Part shown: positions 20,558 to 33,015 of the stretch, piece by piece
How the letters are laid out: each line of letters opens with the position of its first letter
Numbering within the stretch: the first letter of the stretch is position 1
Source: Macrostomum lignano
Lineage: Eukaryota
Direction of reading: 5' to 3'
DNA length: 64,000 bases
Assembly: GCA_002269645.1 (NCBI GenBank)
Contig: NIVC01002541.1
Location: 1-64,000, forward strand
Position numbers and translations under genes: made by a program
The notes under the pieces: generated by a model
Told to the model about the DNA's origin: nothing
The model's input: the letters and a program-made list of their open reading frames with translations, nothing else
Databases searched by the model: none

Positions 20558-20925
20558 GGGGGGCCGCAGCCCAGTGGTCTGGCGCGGCGCTCTGGTGTGC
20601 CAGCGGCCCAGGCTCGATTCCAAGTGCAGTCACATTAATTTGGGGCTAAACTGAAATCTCGGCTTGGCTCTGCTCGTGCAGTTACCGCCCTTGAGGGACC
20701 AACCCCCAAGGCACAGTAAAGTTCACATGTCTAATAAATAAAGTCAGGGCCGCTGTACACTCCTGTGTGAGTGTGTGCCTGCGTACGTATCCGCGCGCTT
20801 GTGTGCCTGCTCAGGGGAGTCGGCGGAATGGGCAGTAATGCCTCTCGTCGGTTGTGTGAAAATGTCGCCTAAAGTGCGCCTATGGTGCAGAGAGCCCCCT
20901 GCCTTTAATAAAATAAATAAAAAGT
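20558..20925 (+). mobile_element. tRNA-derived SINE, family A, copy 2
   Basis: GGGGGCCGCAGCCCAGTGGTCTGG...GGCTCGATTCC head; AATAAAATAAATAAAA tail; homologous to 7277-7632. Confidence 0.78.
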
Positions 20926-21192
20926 CCTTTGCGTATTTTGGTATATTTTTGTTTGCAAACGCATTCGCTCGCTTCGGTTGCAACAATTGTGAAAAGAACA
21001 ACTGTCCTCAAATTTATGATGTTATTGGGATAACTCATCAACAAGCATCAAGATAGACATGCCTCACTCGTAGAACACAATCTCAGTCGTACAGTCTAAT
21101 TTTTATCCAGATAAACATGATCATTATCACTAAACTAGATCTCAGAGCTAATCTCACACAGCGGAACGTCAAACGGTACCTGCACTCGTTAG

Positions 21193-23499
21193 TCACCAAA
21201 ATACGCACTTCACTGATGGATTCATGCGACTCGCCGACGGACACTGAAAAGTGCGCGCAAAGTCCGACGAGCTGCGCATCATAGCTTTGACGCGAACCGG
21301 CCCAGAGGAGTGATCGCCGCTGCGAAATGATTCTGCCATGCCCTGCGAGTTGGCTTTGGTGCAATAGGGCTGAGCAGCCATGACAAAGAAGAGCCGATCC
21401 AGCTGCTGGCGCTGCCAGCTCAACCGGCCGTCAAGATCGAAACGGCAGCTCAGTAATGAAGCGATGTCAAAAGGATCAAATAGTCCCTTTGGCAGTAGAT
21501 CGGTTTCAGCTGACCTGCCCATAGTGTAGGCCCTGTAGGCGGCGCTCAAACCCACACTGTCCGCAATGTCTTCGGCCAGAGTCTCATTCCAGCAGCTATC
21601 CTGTTTGAGTTCAGAGAGCTCGCGTCGCATGCACTGCACTCGTTCCTGATAGCTGGCCTGAGTGTCTGTCTCGAGCTGCATGAATGTGCTCTGCTCCTCC
21701 GATGACGCATCGTTGATCCATTGTTCAGCGAATCCGTGTCCGATTTCGTGGCCGACCAGAGACCCGAATGCGCCATAGACAGCAAAGTCCGGGTAGCTCG
21801 CTGCGTAGATCGGAGGCGTCAGGATGGCGAGAGGAAACCACAAACTATTGCTGTCAATTGCATAGTAAGCATTCACAGTAAAAGTATGCTCGATATCAAC
21901 CATTGATGGCTTAATTATTGGATTGTTGGTCAAAAGGTCAAGATGCCGCTTTGCATTTGCTTTCATTGCTAAGCCGAGTGTGAAGCTGAACGACTGCACT
22001 GCTGACCCCCGCAGCTTAGCAGATGTGCTCCTATAGAAACTAGCCAGTTGTTTATCGGTGAGCTCCTGATGCCCCACATTATACCGCATGTCGATCACTT
22101 TATCGACCATCTTAGCCTTGTCCGCCTCTGTGATCCAATTCTGATCAACCATTCGGTTTACAAAGGCTACTTTCATAGTTTCAATCACTTTCTCAAGGAC
22201 GTTCAGCTTTGTCGGATGGAAGCGCTGCCGATAGAGCCAGACGAGGGCCGGTTCCATCAGCCGCAGTGTAAATTCCAGGCACTGGCCTCCGCTGATGCGC
22301 TCCTTTAACGACAGCGAACCCGTGCCAGGCTTCAGTGCAGGCGAAAGCACTGGCAGAATATCCACGAACTCTAGCATGGCGTCAAGAGTTAAAAACTTGT
22401 TCCGCTGTACCCGTCGCATCTCCAAAGTTGAGTCCGTAGGCGCATCAGGGCCATTGTTGATCACCTTCCCCACACTAAAGTAGTTGAGCAGAGCCTTCAG
22501 CATTGGCATGTTGTCGACCTCAACCATGGTGCTTTTGTTCACGCCGTTAGGCCGAAGCTCGTGTAGAAACAGAGACAGATTGAATCCGGACACCGCGGAA
22601 CGGAGCTCCAATTCCAAGGCATTTAAACTGCCATTAAAAGGCTTACTAAGATTCTGCGTTGACTCCACGATTGCTTTAACTTCACCTGCGATTGTAGCCA
22701 TCACGTATTCAGTCTCAGCTCCGAGAGCCGAACTATTGTTGATCGCTTCGGAAAGCGACACATTATTCAGTGTTAAAAAGCCCAGCATAGGTGACCAGTA
22801 AGAAGAATCCGCGGTAAAGTTGAAGGTGCTCACCACTAGGTTCAGTTTGGGGGCGTTGGCGTATTCTTGTGAAGAAAAGTTAAACGACCCTAAGTTGCCG
22901 AGTTCTTCCGACACACTGATGTCAAAAACAGTACCGAGTCCCATTGCCGCTGTTCGAGCCAGAAGCTGTTCCAGTGACATCTCAAGCAACTTCATGCTGT
23001 TGCCGAGTAGGTGTTCCAGAAGCATATTCATATCTGTGATGGCTGTACCGAGCTGCGACTCCGGATCTCTAGGTAGCGCAGACCTCGCTGTGCCCCACCG
23101 CAGACAGTTCTTGTACAATGCCCTGGTCAGTCGAACTGCGTCCCGCAGGCTTCGCTCACCAGACGGCTTGTCTAAACTGCTGTCGATTAGAATTTCGTGA
23201 AGTCGGTTCTCAATTTCCAACGTCATGCGCCTTGGCGCGTCAGTGTAGGCCTCAGACTCGTAGTCGTTGATGTCGTAGCGAACCTGCCTCTGGAAGCCGC
23301 CGCACGCGAACTCGTAGAAGTCATCGCACGGGTTGACGCTCCAGTTCAGGTGTAGCAACAGGTTGGCGCTCAGCGAGTTGCAGTCAGTGTTGGTGCAGAA
23401 CTGACTCGCGCTAGCGCTACAGAAACTGCAGGAGCTGCTCAGCAGGAGCAGAGAGATCAGCGAGAAAACTGGACTTGGCATTGCTGATGGCTTGGTCAC
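21193..23499 (-). CDS. Intronless M13-family zinc metalloendopeptidase (neprilysin/ECE-like), predicted secreted
   Basis: 768-aa ORF (likely start MPSPV at 23481). Signal peptide; C..N.DC...VNPCDDFYEFACG; VNAYY; GSLVGHEIGHGF (HExxH); EDIAD (ENxAD equivalent); DHSSGPVR; FQCP...MNPSVKCVFW C-terminus. Confidence 0.93.
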   Translation of the reverse strand: MTKPSAMPSPVFSLISLLLLSSSCSFCSASASQFCTNTDCNSLSANLLLHLNWSVNPCDDFYEFACGGFQRQVRYDINDYESEAYTDAPRRMTLEIENRLHEILIDSSLDKPSGERSLRDAVRLTRALYKNCLRWGTARSALPRDPESQLGTAITDMNMLLEHLLGNSMKLLEMSLEQLLARTAAMGLGTVFDISVSEELGNLGSFNFSSQEYANAPKLNLVVSTFNFTADSSYWSPMLGFLTLNNVSLSEAINNSSALGAETEYVMATIAGEVKAIVESTQNLSKPFNGSLNALELELRSAVSGFNLSLFLHELRPNGVNKSTMVEVDNMPMLKALLNYFSVGKVINNGPDAPTDSTLEMRRVQRNKFLTLDAMLEFVDILPVLSPALKPGTGSLSLKERISGGQCLEFTLRLMEPALVWLYRQRFHPTKLNVLEKVIETMKVAFVNRMVDQNWITEADKAKMVDKVIDMRYNVGHQELTDKQLASFYRSTSAKLRGSAVQSFSFTLGLAMKANAKRHLDLLTNNPIIKPSMVDIEHTFTVNAYYAIDSNSLWFPLAILTPPIYAASYPDFAVYGAFGSLVGHEIGHGFAEQWINDASSEEQSTFMQLETDTQASYQERVQCMRRELSELKQDSCWNETLAEDIADSVGLSAAYRAYTMGRSAETDLLPKGLFDPFDIASLLSCRFDLDGRLSWQRQQLDRLFFVMAAQPYCTKANSQGMAESFRSGDHSSGPVRVKAMMRSSSDFARTFQCPSASRMNPSVKCVFW

Positions 23500-24159
23500 G
23501 TGTTCCTAACTAGACTGGTGGGCTTTTAAAGTTGTGCCGTCTTATCTGCTGCTTCAGTAGGTATACAATTGCTTCAAAGGAAGGAAATATAAACAAAGGT
23601 ACTGACCAAACTCAGTGAGGTTTCTGTGTTCTAATCGAATTATTGTTATCTCCTCGAAATTGCGTTTGCTTCTGCTAAATTAATGGGTCTTTAACTGAAC
23701 TTACATCCCTCGTGACTTCATTCATTGAAAGTCTGTCACACTGTGGCCTTTTTGTCCATGTTTTGGCAAATGAAACTGTAAATCTTGATCTTGCTAGGGC
23801 GGTTTCGCTAGTTTCACAATAATTTACGTCGTTACATTCTGATTTTTTTGAAATTGCTGAAATAATTTTGCTTGCAGTTTACGAGACGTCAAAGTTTACT
23901 TAATTACTCTCGTAGTTATCAGATTGACTTAAGGCTGGACGTGTATAAGATAAGACAGGACCCATAGTTCATAGTGACACATTGTACTGCAGTTGAAATC
24001 TGATAACCGAACTGAAGCTGTACAGTTTTAAACCGCTCATGATGAATTCGAATTGGTGTAATAAAATGGCGGAGGTTAAGGTTAAAAAAACGATACAATT
24101 CTTTCGAGATAACTGTGAGATAATCGTGACATTGAGGACTGGGCAACTGACATTCAACT

Positions 24160-24315
24160 GTGTGGGATGTGAAGCACTGAGCTGGGACTGTGTGGGATGT
24201 GGGGCACTGAGCTGGGACTGTGTGAGATGTGAAGCACTGAGCTGGGACTGTGTGGGATGTGGGGCACTGACCTGGGACTGTGTGGGATGTGGGGCACTGA
24301 CCTGGGACTGTGTGG
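24160..24315. repeat. 30-bp tandem repeat (GCACTGAGCTGGGACTGTGTGGGATGTGGG)
   Basis: About 5 units. Confidence 0.88.
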
Positions 24316-26085
24316 GATTGGTGTTGCACCAAACTGAACACTACATGTACACATATGTTTGGTCATTTCGTGAGCCCTGCTGCAAATAAAGGCGACAATG
24401 AGCAGGTGAGCAGTCATGTCCAATCCGTCTGACCCTTGAGCACTCCAGGATACGCAAGTATGCTCACACACTCACACGGTATGTAAAGTGACTATGGTGC
24501 GAGTGGTGCTGACTCTCATCATCAGTCCTTTTCGCAATCTGTTAACAATTGGAGCTGGCCCTAATGAGCGAGAATTGCCCTGGTCTTCACGTCAATTTTC
24601 TGCCGGAGCCCCAAATACATGTATATGCGGAATCGAACCCAGGAGCTGCGGCGCGAGAGTTTTATTTACATTTATATTTGGATCAGCAAAGAAATTGTTC
24701 GTATTTTGAGTAGAGTTCTTCGTTGGAGAAAGTTTTGTTTCGAAGAACAAAATATTTACTGAGAAGTCTAATGTTCAAATTTTAATTTGGGTTTGCATGG
24801 TTTTTTAATATGGGCTCAATTCTGAGGGCTAGAAGAGTCGTGACTGAAATGCATATAGGGTTTTTTAACAAGAGACGAGAGAATATCCAGATAATTAAGA
24901 GCGCCAGTCTATCGAATACATGTTGTTTACACTTTAGCATATCTACATGTATTTTAAAATTATTTTTATTCATGTACACTGCTAGGGCTTAGCATGCAAG
25001 TTTTTATACATTTAAACACAATTATTTTACTCAATTCTGCATGCTTTTTTCCTTTTATACAGATGGCCGACGGACGAACCCTGCAGTTCAAAGTGTATTC
25101 TGGATTTATTTTATCAAATAGAACGGCCTATATCGGACCTCCATCTGTTGTGCTCTAGGCCCCAGGCTGGGGCGGACCCGACAATACATGTAGATGGGTG
25201 GGGGACAAAAACACCAATTTAAGCTACTTCAGCCAATACGTACTAGAAAATAGACCTTCCAAGTTACACGTGCCAAAAAAATATGACCCAATTTTTTTAG
25301 CTACGACTGAGGGGGAAGCCATGCATGGCACCCTGCCCTGGGGTCCTGTTCCTGTCGAGCTGTCCCAGCGATACGCTAGGGCGCGCGCCGCTCCTGCATG
25401 TGTCCCGTTACGATAGCTTTCTGCTACGAATCAGGTCGATGCCAAACTGGAGATACGATCAGTATGATCGGCTATCGCCAATGATCTCAAAGCCAGTTCT
25501 ATAATCCTAAGCTACTCGATTGCACCCTATACTTACGTACAATCTCGGGCTTGTAATTAAATTTAATCAAACTAATGTTTAGTATCGCTTGTTTTCTTTA
25601 ACTTATTGATAATTTTTTTATTTTTGACTGCTTATATCCATATTATTTTCGGGTTTTATATACTTTGTTAAAGCCTGCTTAAGTCAACGTGTTAAATATT
25701 TCAATTATAATTGATGTAACGAAATGAATCGCCGATACTAACACTTGAACTTTCAGCCGTCGAGAGTGCCAAGTCAGAGCGCGAACTCTTATTAACAATC
25801 GATGATTTATATTTATATTGGTTACTTATCAGTCATTAAAACAAAAGTTTCATTATAAAATTATCTTGCAAAATAACATAAATTACATACAGTAAAAAGT
25901 ACAGTGAGATAAATACAATATAAATACTATAATACCAATACAACCTGATAAGAGTAAATACGAAATTATTTACTTTTAAATTACATACGCAGATATGTTA
26001 CATTGATCCTATGAAACAAAAGATAAAGAACGAGATTAACCTTACTCTGAACGATCAAAAATCGATAAAAGACTAAGCCCCAAAT

Positions 26086-29000
26086 ATGACAAGAATATGG
26101 TTTTGTTCACTTTTTTCTATGCTTATATTGTCGTGTCTCCTGCTAACAATCGTTCGATGGTAAGACTTAATTTTCAATGCATCTGAATGTAGCTTATTTA
26201 TTTTGAATTCTTTATCTTTGCTTGGCATGGATGAGTACAACATTTAGTTGTATGTTGTACTCATGTTATTTAGCTTATAATACATAAAAAGATAATATTA
26301 TAAGCTAATGATCAGTTTAACAAGTATTTATTTTTTATTGTAACATATCTCATTGTTTAGATAGAAACTTCTAATTCTAAATGTCTAAGGCTTATGTAAG
26401 TAAGTAAGTTATGTATAATGCATTATTGTCATAGGTGAAAGTAATATAGCATTTATAAACCTAAAGCTTATTCCAAGATAAGTTACATATATTAAAATTG
26501 CTTTATAATAATGCCTAACTATTGTTAGTTGGCATTACTTTCTTATTATTAGTCTTAAACTTAAATTAGAAACTAAAATAATAGGCCTAGATATAATTTT
26601 TAGAAATTTAATAAACTCTCCTAGACCTATTGCTTAATTAGTAGTCTTAGTTTTAGTCTCAGGCTTAGGTCTTATTGTCTTATGTCTAAATATATGATTA
26701 TATATCCTAATAGTTTCTAAGAAATTAAGGAAATTGATGACTTAGGCTATGAAACCTATTTAGTTAGAACAAACAATATGCCATTAATAATTGACATAGG
26801 TGTAATATCATAGTAGGCCTAATGACTTCACTATGATTTTAGAGACTTTGAAAAAGTGACAACTTTTTATAGGTAGAATAAAAATTATAAAATGAAACTA
26901 AAATACAAAAAATCCAATACCTAATTATGTTATCATGTAAATGTATGTCACTTTTTGTTCTTAAATAAAATTAATATAAATTAATATTTGTTTTCAAACT
27001 TTTTAGGGTTCAAAGATAGGTAGGATACACTTTTTATTTATTGACTTTATCCTTTTCCAGCTTATAATGCTTTTGTAACAATAGGGATCATATAGCTACT
27101 TGTAACATTAAGCTTATTCTTGGGGTTTGATGTTGAATGATAGTATCTATTTTAGAATTTGTTATTATATTGGTAAAAAATAACTCTAGATACACTTTCT
27201 TATATACTTGAAGAACTATGTCCTATAAATATGTTCAAGTATCTCTATAGAAGTTTTTTCATATGTCAGTCTATCTCAATTTGTATTCATATGAATATAT
27301 TTTACCAAAGTTGTCACTTTCAAAGTTTCTAAAATCAGTTTCTAAAACCTAAAATCATTTTAGTCATGACTTTGAAGACGATCATGATCATGACCATGAT
27401 CACAGTCATGGAGGTCATGGTCACAGCCATGGAGGTCATGGTCACAGCCATGGAGGTCATGGTCACAGCCATGGAGGTCATGGACACAGCCATGGAGGTC
27501 ACGGTCACAGCCATGGAGGTCACAGTCACAGTCACGACGGTGACAGCCCGAAGTCCAGCGTCGACTGGGACAAAGCGGAACCGATCCGGCTGGCTGGCTG
27601 GCAGCTGTGGTTCCAGGCCCTGTCCAGCACCCTGCTCATCAGCCTCGTGCCCTACGCCATCCTGTACCTCATCCGGGTGGAGAACACCGACCAGCACAAG
27701 CCGCTGCTGCACCTGCTGCTTAGCTTCGCCAGTGGAGGCCTGCTTGGCGACGCGTTCCTGCATCTGATTCCGCATGCTATCGATCCGCACGAGCCTAGCG
27801 CTGATGGTAATGCATGTGGCTTTTGTCTACTTCTGAATCTGAATGGACTGAGCTGGATTTTCAGGGGCTTCTCAAGTCAGATTGAGCTGGATTTTCAGAG
27901 GCTTCTCAAGTCAGATTGAGCTGGATTTTCAGAGGCTTCTCAAGTCATGGGCTGAGCTGGATTTTCAGAGGCTTCTCAAGTCATGGGCTGAGCTGGATTT
28001 TCAGGGGCTTCTCAAGTCATGGGCTGAGCTGGATTTTCAGGGGCTTCTCAAGTCATGGGCTGAGCTGGATTTTCAGAGGCTTCTCAATTCATGGGCTGAG
28101 CTTGATTTTCAGAGGCTTCTCAAGTCATTGATTGAGCTGGATTTTCAGAGGCTTCTCAAGTCATGGGCTGAGCTGGATTTTCAGAGGCTTCTTAAGTCAT
28201 GGATTGAGCTACAGTAGATTTTCAGAGGCTTTGAAGGTCAACGGTCAACATCGCTCATTTCCACCGCTCCCCCCTGTGACAGGTGACAGTCACACCCACT
28301 CGCACTCGCACTCACACGGAGACGCCGGCGGTCACGGCCATTCGCACTCGCACCACATGCAGGTCGGCTTATGGGTTGTGGCCGGCATCATGGCCTTCCT
28401 GCTGGCCGAGAAAGCCATGCGGACGGCCGGCCATGGCCACTCGCATTCGCACCCAGCCGTTGCTGAAGACGATGGCCAGGATTCGAAACCGCCAACTAAA
28501 GCGGCCGCCGCGCAGCACAAAAAAGACGACGGCGATTCGGCTGTGGTTTCTAAGAAACAGCAGCAAGACGCCAAGAAGCAGACCAAGAAGGCTGACGGTA
28601 GGTATTTAAAACTTGCTTTTTTAATGCAAAATTCCGGCCCTCGGTCTCAGTTCCTTTGTAACCTCACAATGGCAATTCGGCCCGCTCAAGGTTTGCAGCT
28701 CTTCTCAGCTCCCCTCTCTTATAATCTCTCCTCTCCTCTCCTCTCCTCTCCTCTCTCCTTTTCTCTCCTCTCCTCCCTCCTCTCCTCTCCTCTCCTCTTC
28801 TCTCCTCTCCTCTCTCCTCTCCTCTCCTCTTCTCTTCTCTCCTCTCCTCTTCTCTCCTCTCCTCTTCTCTCCTCTCCTCTCCTCCCCTCTCCTCTTCTCC
28901 TTTATTCCCTCGCCTCTCCTTTCTTCTATCTCTATTCTATTTCCTCTATTCCCTCTGACCATCTCCCATCTCTGTCTCCCATCTTCTGTCCCGCAGTCAT

Positions 29001-29826
29001 GCACAGTATTCTCTTTCTGGCCTTTGAGGTAAAATTAGTTTTTCGATCCCTGTGTTTTAATACGAGTAGATAAGAATTGCCCTTAGGCAGTCCATGAAGA
29101 GCCGTCCCCTTTGGCAGTCCATGAAGAGCCGTTCCCTTAGGCAGTCCATGAAGAGCCGTCCCCTTAGGCAGTCCATGACGAGCCGTCCCCTTTGGCAGTC
29201 CATGAAGAGCCGTCCCCTTTGGCAGTCCATGAAGAGCCGTTCCCTTAGGCAGTCCATGAAGAGCCGTTCCCTTAGGCAGTCCATGAAGAGCCGTCCCCTT
29301 TGGCAGTCCATGAAGAGCCGTCCCCTACCCGACCGCCGCAGAGCCGGCCCCAGCCGAGCCGCCGCAGCAGCAGCAGGAGGTGAAGCTGGCCGGCTACCTG
29401 AACCTCCTGGCCGACTGCATGCACAACTTCACTGACGGCCTCGCCATCGGGGCCTCCTTCGCCCTCGGCCGCAGCGTCGGCCTGGTGACCACGGCTACCA
29501 TTCTGTTCCACGAGGTGCCACACGAGATCGGCGACTACGCCATCCTGCTGCAGTCGGGCGTGCCGGTGTGGAAGGCGCGGGCCCTGCAGCTGCTGACTGC
29601 CGCCGGGGCCATCGCTGGCACAGTGGTCGCCCTGGCCTGCGGCGGCGCCAACCCGGCCTACACGGCCTGGATTCTGCCCTTCACCGCTGGCGGCTTCGTG
29701 TACATCGCCCTGGTGACCGTGGTGCCCGAGCTGCTGCAGCCCAGCAGTCTGGGACAGACCATCAAGGAGCTGCTGGCCTTCGTGCTTGGCGTTGGACTCA
29801 TGGTGCTGGTCGGCATTTATGAGTGA
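26086..29826 (+). CDS. SLC39A7: Zinc transporter ZIP7 (KE4/Catsup-like, LIV-1 subfamily)
   Basis: Exons 26086-26159 (signal peptide [24 protein letters not shown], donor TG|GTAAGA), 27364-27806, 28283-28597, 29342-29826; phases 2/1/1 match. Motifs: His-rich N-terminus, [83 protein letters not shown]. Confidence 0.92.
27845..28230. repeat. 36-bp intronic minisatellite (GGGCTGAGCTGGATTTTCAGAGGCTTCTCAAGTCAT)
   Basis: About 10 units in ZIP7 intron 2. Confidence 0.92.
29080..29325. repeat. 27-bp intronic minisatellite (GGCAGTCCATGAAGAGCCGTCCCCTTT), ending ~15 bp before the acceptor
   Basis: 9 units in ZIP7 intron 3, preceded by a CT-rich tract at 28715-28980. Confidence 0.92.
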
Positions 29827-29854
29827 GGATTTCGGTTGGGATTTTGGTTATTTA

Positions 29855-30325
29855 GATCCCAACTCTTCATATGGGGATCCCAACTCTTCATATGGAGATC
29901 CCAACTCTTCATATGGAGATCCCAACTCTTCATATGGAGATCCCAACTCTTCATACAAAGATCCCAACTCTTCATACAAAGATCCCAACTCTTCATATGG
30001 AGATCCCAACTCATCAGATAGAGATCCCAACTCTTCATATGGAGATCCCAACTCTTCATATGGGGATCCCAACTCTTCATATGGAGATCCCAACTCATCA
30101 GATAGAGATCCCAACTCTTCATATGGAGATCCCAACTCATCAGATAGAGATCCCAACTCTTCATATGGAGATCCCAACTCTTCATATGGAGATCCCAACT
30201 CATCAGATAGAGATCCCAACTCTTCATATGGAGATCCCAACTCATCAGATAGAGATCCCAACTCTTCATATGGAGATCCCAACTCATCAGATAGAGATCC
30301 CAACTCTTCATATGGAGATCCCAAC
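29855..30325. repeat. 21-bp minisatellite (GATCCCAACTCTTCATATGGA) starting ~30 bp after the ZIP7 stop
   Basis: About 22 units of two alternating variants. Confidence 0.94.
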
Positions 30326-31119
30326 TCAAAAATCATCAGATACCAAGTACCGAAGCCCCAAGCTGCCTCTATCAAGATGGGTCCCCAGGAATATGAAAAC
30401 ATGAAATAATTGGTGACTGAGTTCATGCTTTATTTCTATATTTTGTCTCACCCCGTTGCTTTGTCTCCCGAGTACCCGGTCCCTTGAGTTGAATTTATCT
30501 TGCGCTGTTTTTTGTCTTCCCATCGATGGGTTTTGTTCCGACTTTTTCCTTTGTCTCCCTTTTATTGTTTGCTTTCTTGGACCCGGATATTTGGTATTAT
30601 TGTTCCCAGTTCCGTACAGAGCTGGCGCAGTAAAATCTCCCTTCATCGCCGTCACCTTAATTGTGTCCAGCATGCTTTATCTGCTATTAATCCGCTAACC
30701 CAACAGCAATCTATCGAACAAATCCTAAGAGCCATGCTTCTTGTGCACTTTGTTTCACTTTGCATGGAATATTCTACTTACTGTGAGTAACACACAGAGC
30801 GGTTTGTGTCCTTTCTAGTTTTTCTCTTTGACTCATTATTGTTCATTACTATCATACCGTATTAAGTGTTACCTTTGCGCGTTTGGTTATTAAAATATCT
30901 GACAAATAAAAGCAACTGCCTGCGTTAGCTATACTTACTCGTACTATTATAGTTCATTTATTCATTTATTATACTATAATTATTGTTATAATTAGCGAAT
31001 TAGAAATCGGCACCGAAATTATTGAGCTTATACGATGTTGTCGATGGTGAAATCTGTCCTAAATTCGATTGCTTTTGTCGTTCTTGTTACATTTTATCAT
31101 TATGTACCATTTTTGGCTG

Positions 31120-31640
31120 GGTGGAGGAGATGAGAGGATGAGAGGAGAGGAGAGGAGAGGAGAGAAGAGGATAGGAGAGAAGAGGAGATGAGAGGATGAG
31201 AGGAGAGGAGAGGAGAGGAGAGAAGAGGATAGGAGAGAAGAGGAGATGAGAGGATGAGAGGAGAGGAGAGGAGAGGAGAGAAGAGGATAGGAGAGAAGAG
31301 GAGATGAAAGGAGATGAGAGGAGAGAAGAGAAGAAGAAAAGAGGAGAGGAGAGAAGAGAAGAGGAGAGGAGAGAAGAGAAGAGGAGAGGATAGAAGAGAA
31401 GAGGAGAGGATAGAAGAGAAGAGGAGAGGAGAGAAGAGAAGAAGAAAAGAGGAGAGGAGAGAAGAGAAGAGGAGAGGAGAGAAGAGAAGAGGAGAGGAGA
31501 GAAGAGAAGAGGAGAGGATAGAAGAGAAGAGGAGAGGATAGAAGAGAAGAGAAGAGGAGATGAGAGGAGAGGAGAGGATAGAAGAGAAGAGGAGAGGAGA
31601 GGAGAGAAGAGAAGAGGAGAGAAGAGAAGAAGAGAAGAGG
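31120..31640. repeat. GA-rich low-complexity tract (a similar tract lies at 46195-46525)
   Basis: GAGAAGAGAAGAGGAGAG-like degenerate units. Confidence 0.9.
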
Positions 31641-32011
31641 AGAGGAGAGAAGACTCTCTGCCGCACAGAGTGATCAATCAAAAGGGCCGTGACGTGAACA
31701 CCAAGAAGACGCGATGTGCATGCAGTGACTCGACTCTGCTGCGCGGCCTGTCGGTGCAAGTGCGAGCTGTGCCTTCCAAATTATGCGCGTGCTCCAACCC
31801 AATGGTTGTGCAATTCCGGGTACAAACTCGGATGCCAAAAACCAGAATGCCAGCTGGTATCAGTGAAACAGTTAAAAAATTTAATAAACAACCAACATAT
31901 CTAGCACATTTTACACTGCTGAGCCTACGTATCTGACCCACACAGGTTTCGGAAGTCTGTAGACTTTATATAATAATAATAATTAATTACACCTGCCCTT
32001 ACGAGCGTATG

Positions 32012-32250
32012 AGCAGATGTGCAACCGACAGCTCAGCCGCAGCTATTGCGCGGCGCATCTGAAGACTGCGTCCAAGGACTGGGGGGTCGCCACACACAGC
32101 CTCAATTACCCCAGCTAATGCTGGCACCCATTTTACAGCTGGGTGAACTGAAGCAATGCAGAGTTTAAGCGTCTTGCTCAAGGACACAAAAATTGTTCCT
32201 TGTGGGTCGAGAATCGAACCCCCGACTTTCACTCTAACCACTAGGCTACA
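32012..32250 (-). mobile_element. tRNA-derived CORE-like SINE, family B, copy 2
   Basis: Minus strand: TAGCCTAGTGG (A-box), GGTTCGATTC (B-box), GTGTCCTTGAGCAAGAC core; homologous to 16448-16815. Confidence 0.75.
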
Positions 32251-32811
32251 ACCCTCCATATGTTTACAGATTACAAAAGTACTGCAATTCTAGTAATAAT
32301 AATTATGACATTATTTATATTATCGATGCTTCAAATGAAACATGAATAGCCGAAAATATGGGGGGAAAGTGCCCAAATTCTGGTTGCCAAAATCACGACG
32401 TAAATTTGATGATAACACAGACTGGCACAAAACCAAGTGATCAAAATCATTCTGCCATTTTAAACCCATGATATGCTGGGACCCTAAAAAATTCATGTAC
32501 GCTTAGGGCGTGAGAAGGCGACAGGTTGCATATGCAAAAAAATCAATTAGTTTCTAGTAGCGCAGCTTTTATAACAGCTGTTTCTTATCAATAATTAAGC
32601 CTAATATTGCTTATAATAGTGTGAGAATCAAGTTAGCTGTTTAATGCTTGCAATATTTTGCTATAATTTGACCTAAATATTGGTCTTAGGTGCAATGCAA
32701 CTCGTATTCAGCTTAACTTTGTTTTGGTAGCAATACATGCATGTAGCATTTTCATTTTGCGGCACTGCCAATCATGTTCATTCAAATCATGTGTTTCCTC
32801 TTTCGTCTATG

Positions 32812-33015
32812 GTCAAAACACCGTCTATGGTAAAAAACCGTCTAATGGTCAAAACACCGTCTATGGTAAAAAAACCGTCTAATGGTCAAAACACCATCTA
32901 TGGTAAAAAAACCGTCTATGGTCAAAACACCGTCTATGGTAAAAAAACCGTCTATGGTCAAAACACCATCTTTGGTAAAAAAAACCGTCTATGGTCAAAA
33001 CACCGTCTATTGTCT
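32812..33015. repeat. ~19-20-bp tandem repeat (AAAACACCGTCTATGGTAAA/TC)
   Basis: About 10 degenerate units. Confidence 0.85.

Noticed and set aside
20558-20630. tRNA gene
   Set aside because: A/B-box-like motifs are present but there is no cloverleaf, and the sequence continues into a dispersed repeat: a SINE head. The same applies to 7570-7632, 16740-16815, 24630-24660 and 32200-32250.
30326-30673. 115-aa minus-strand ORF downstream of ZIP7
   Set aside because: No recognisable motif, no partner exons, and a composition typical of an antisense 3' UTR.
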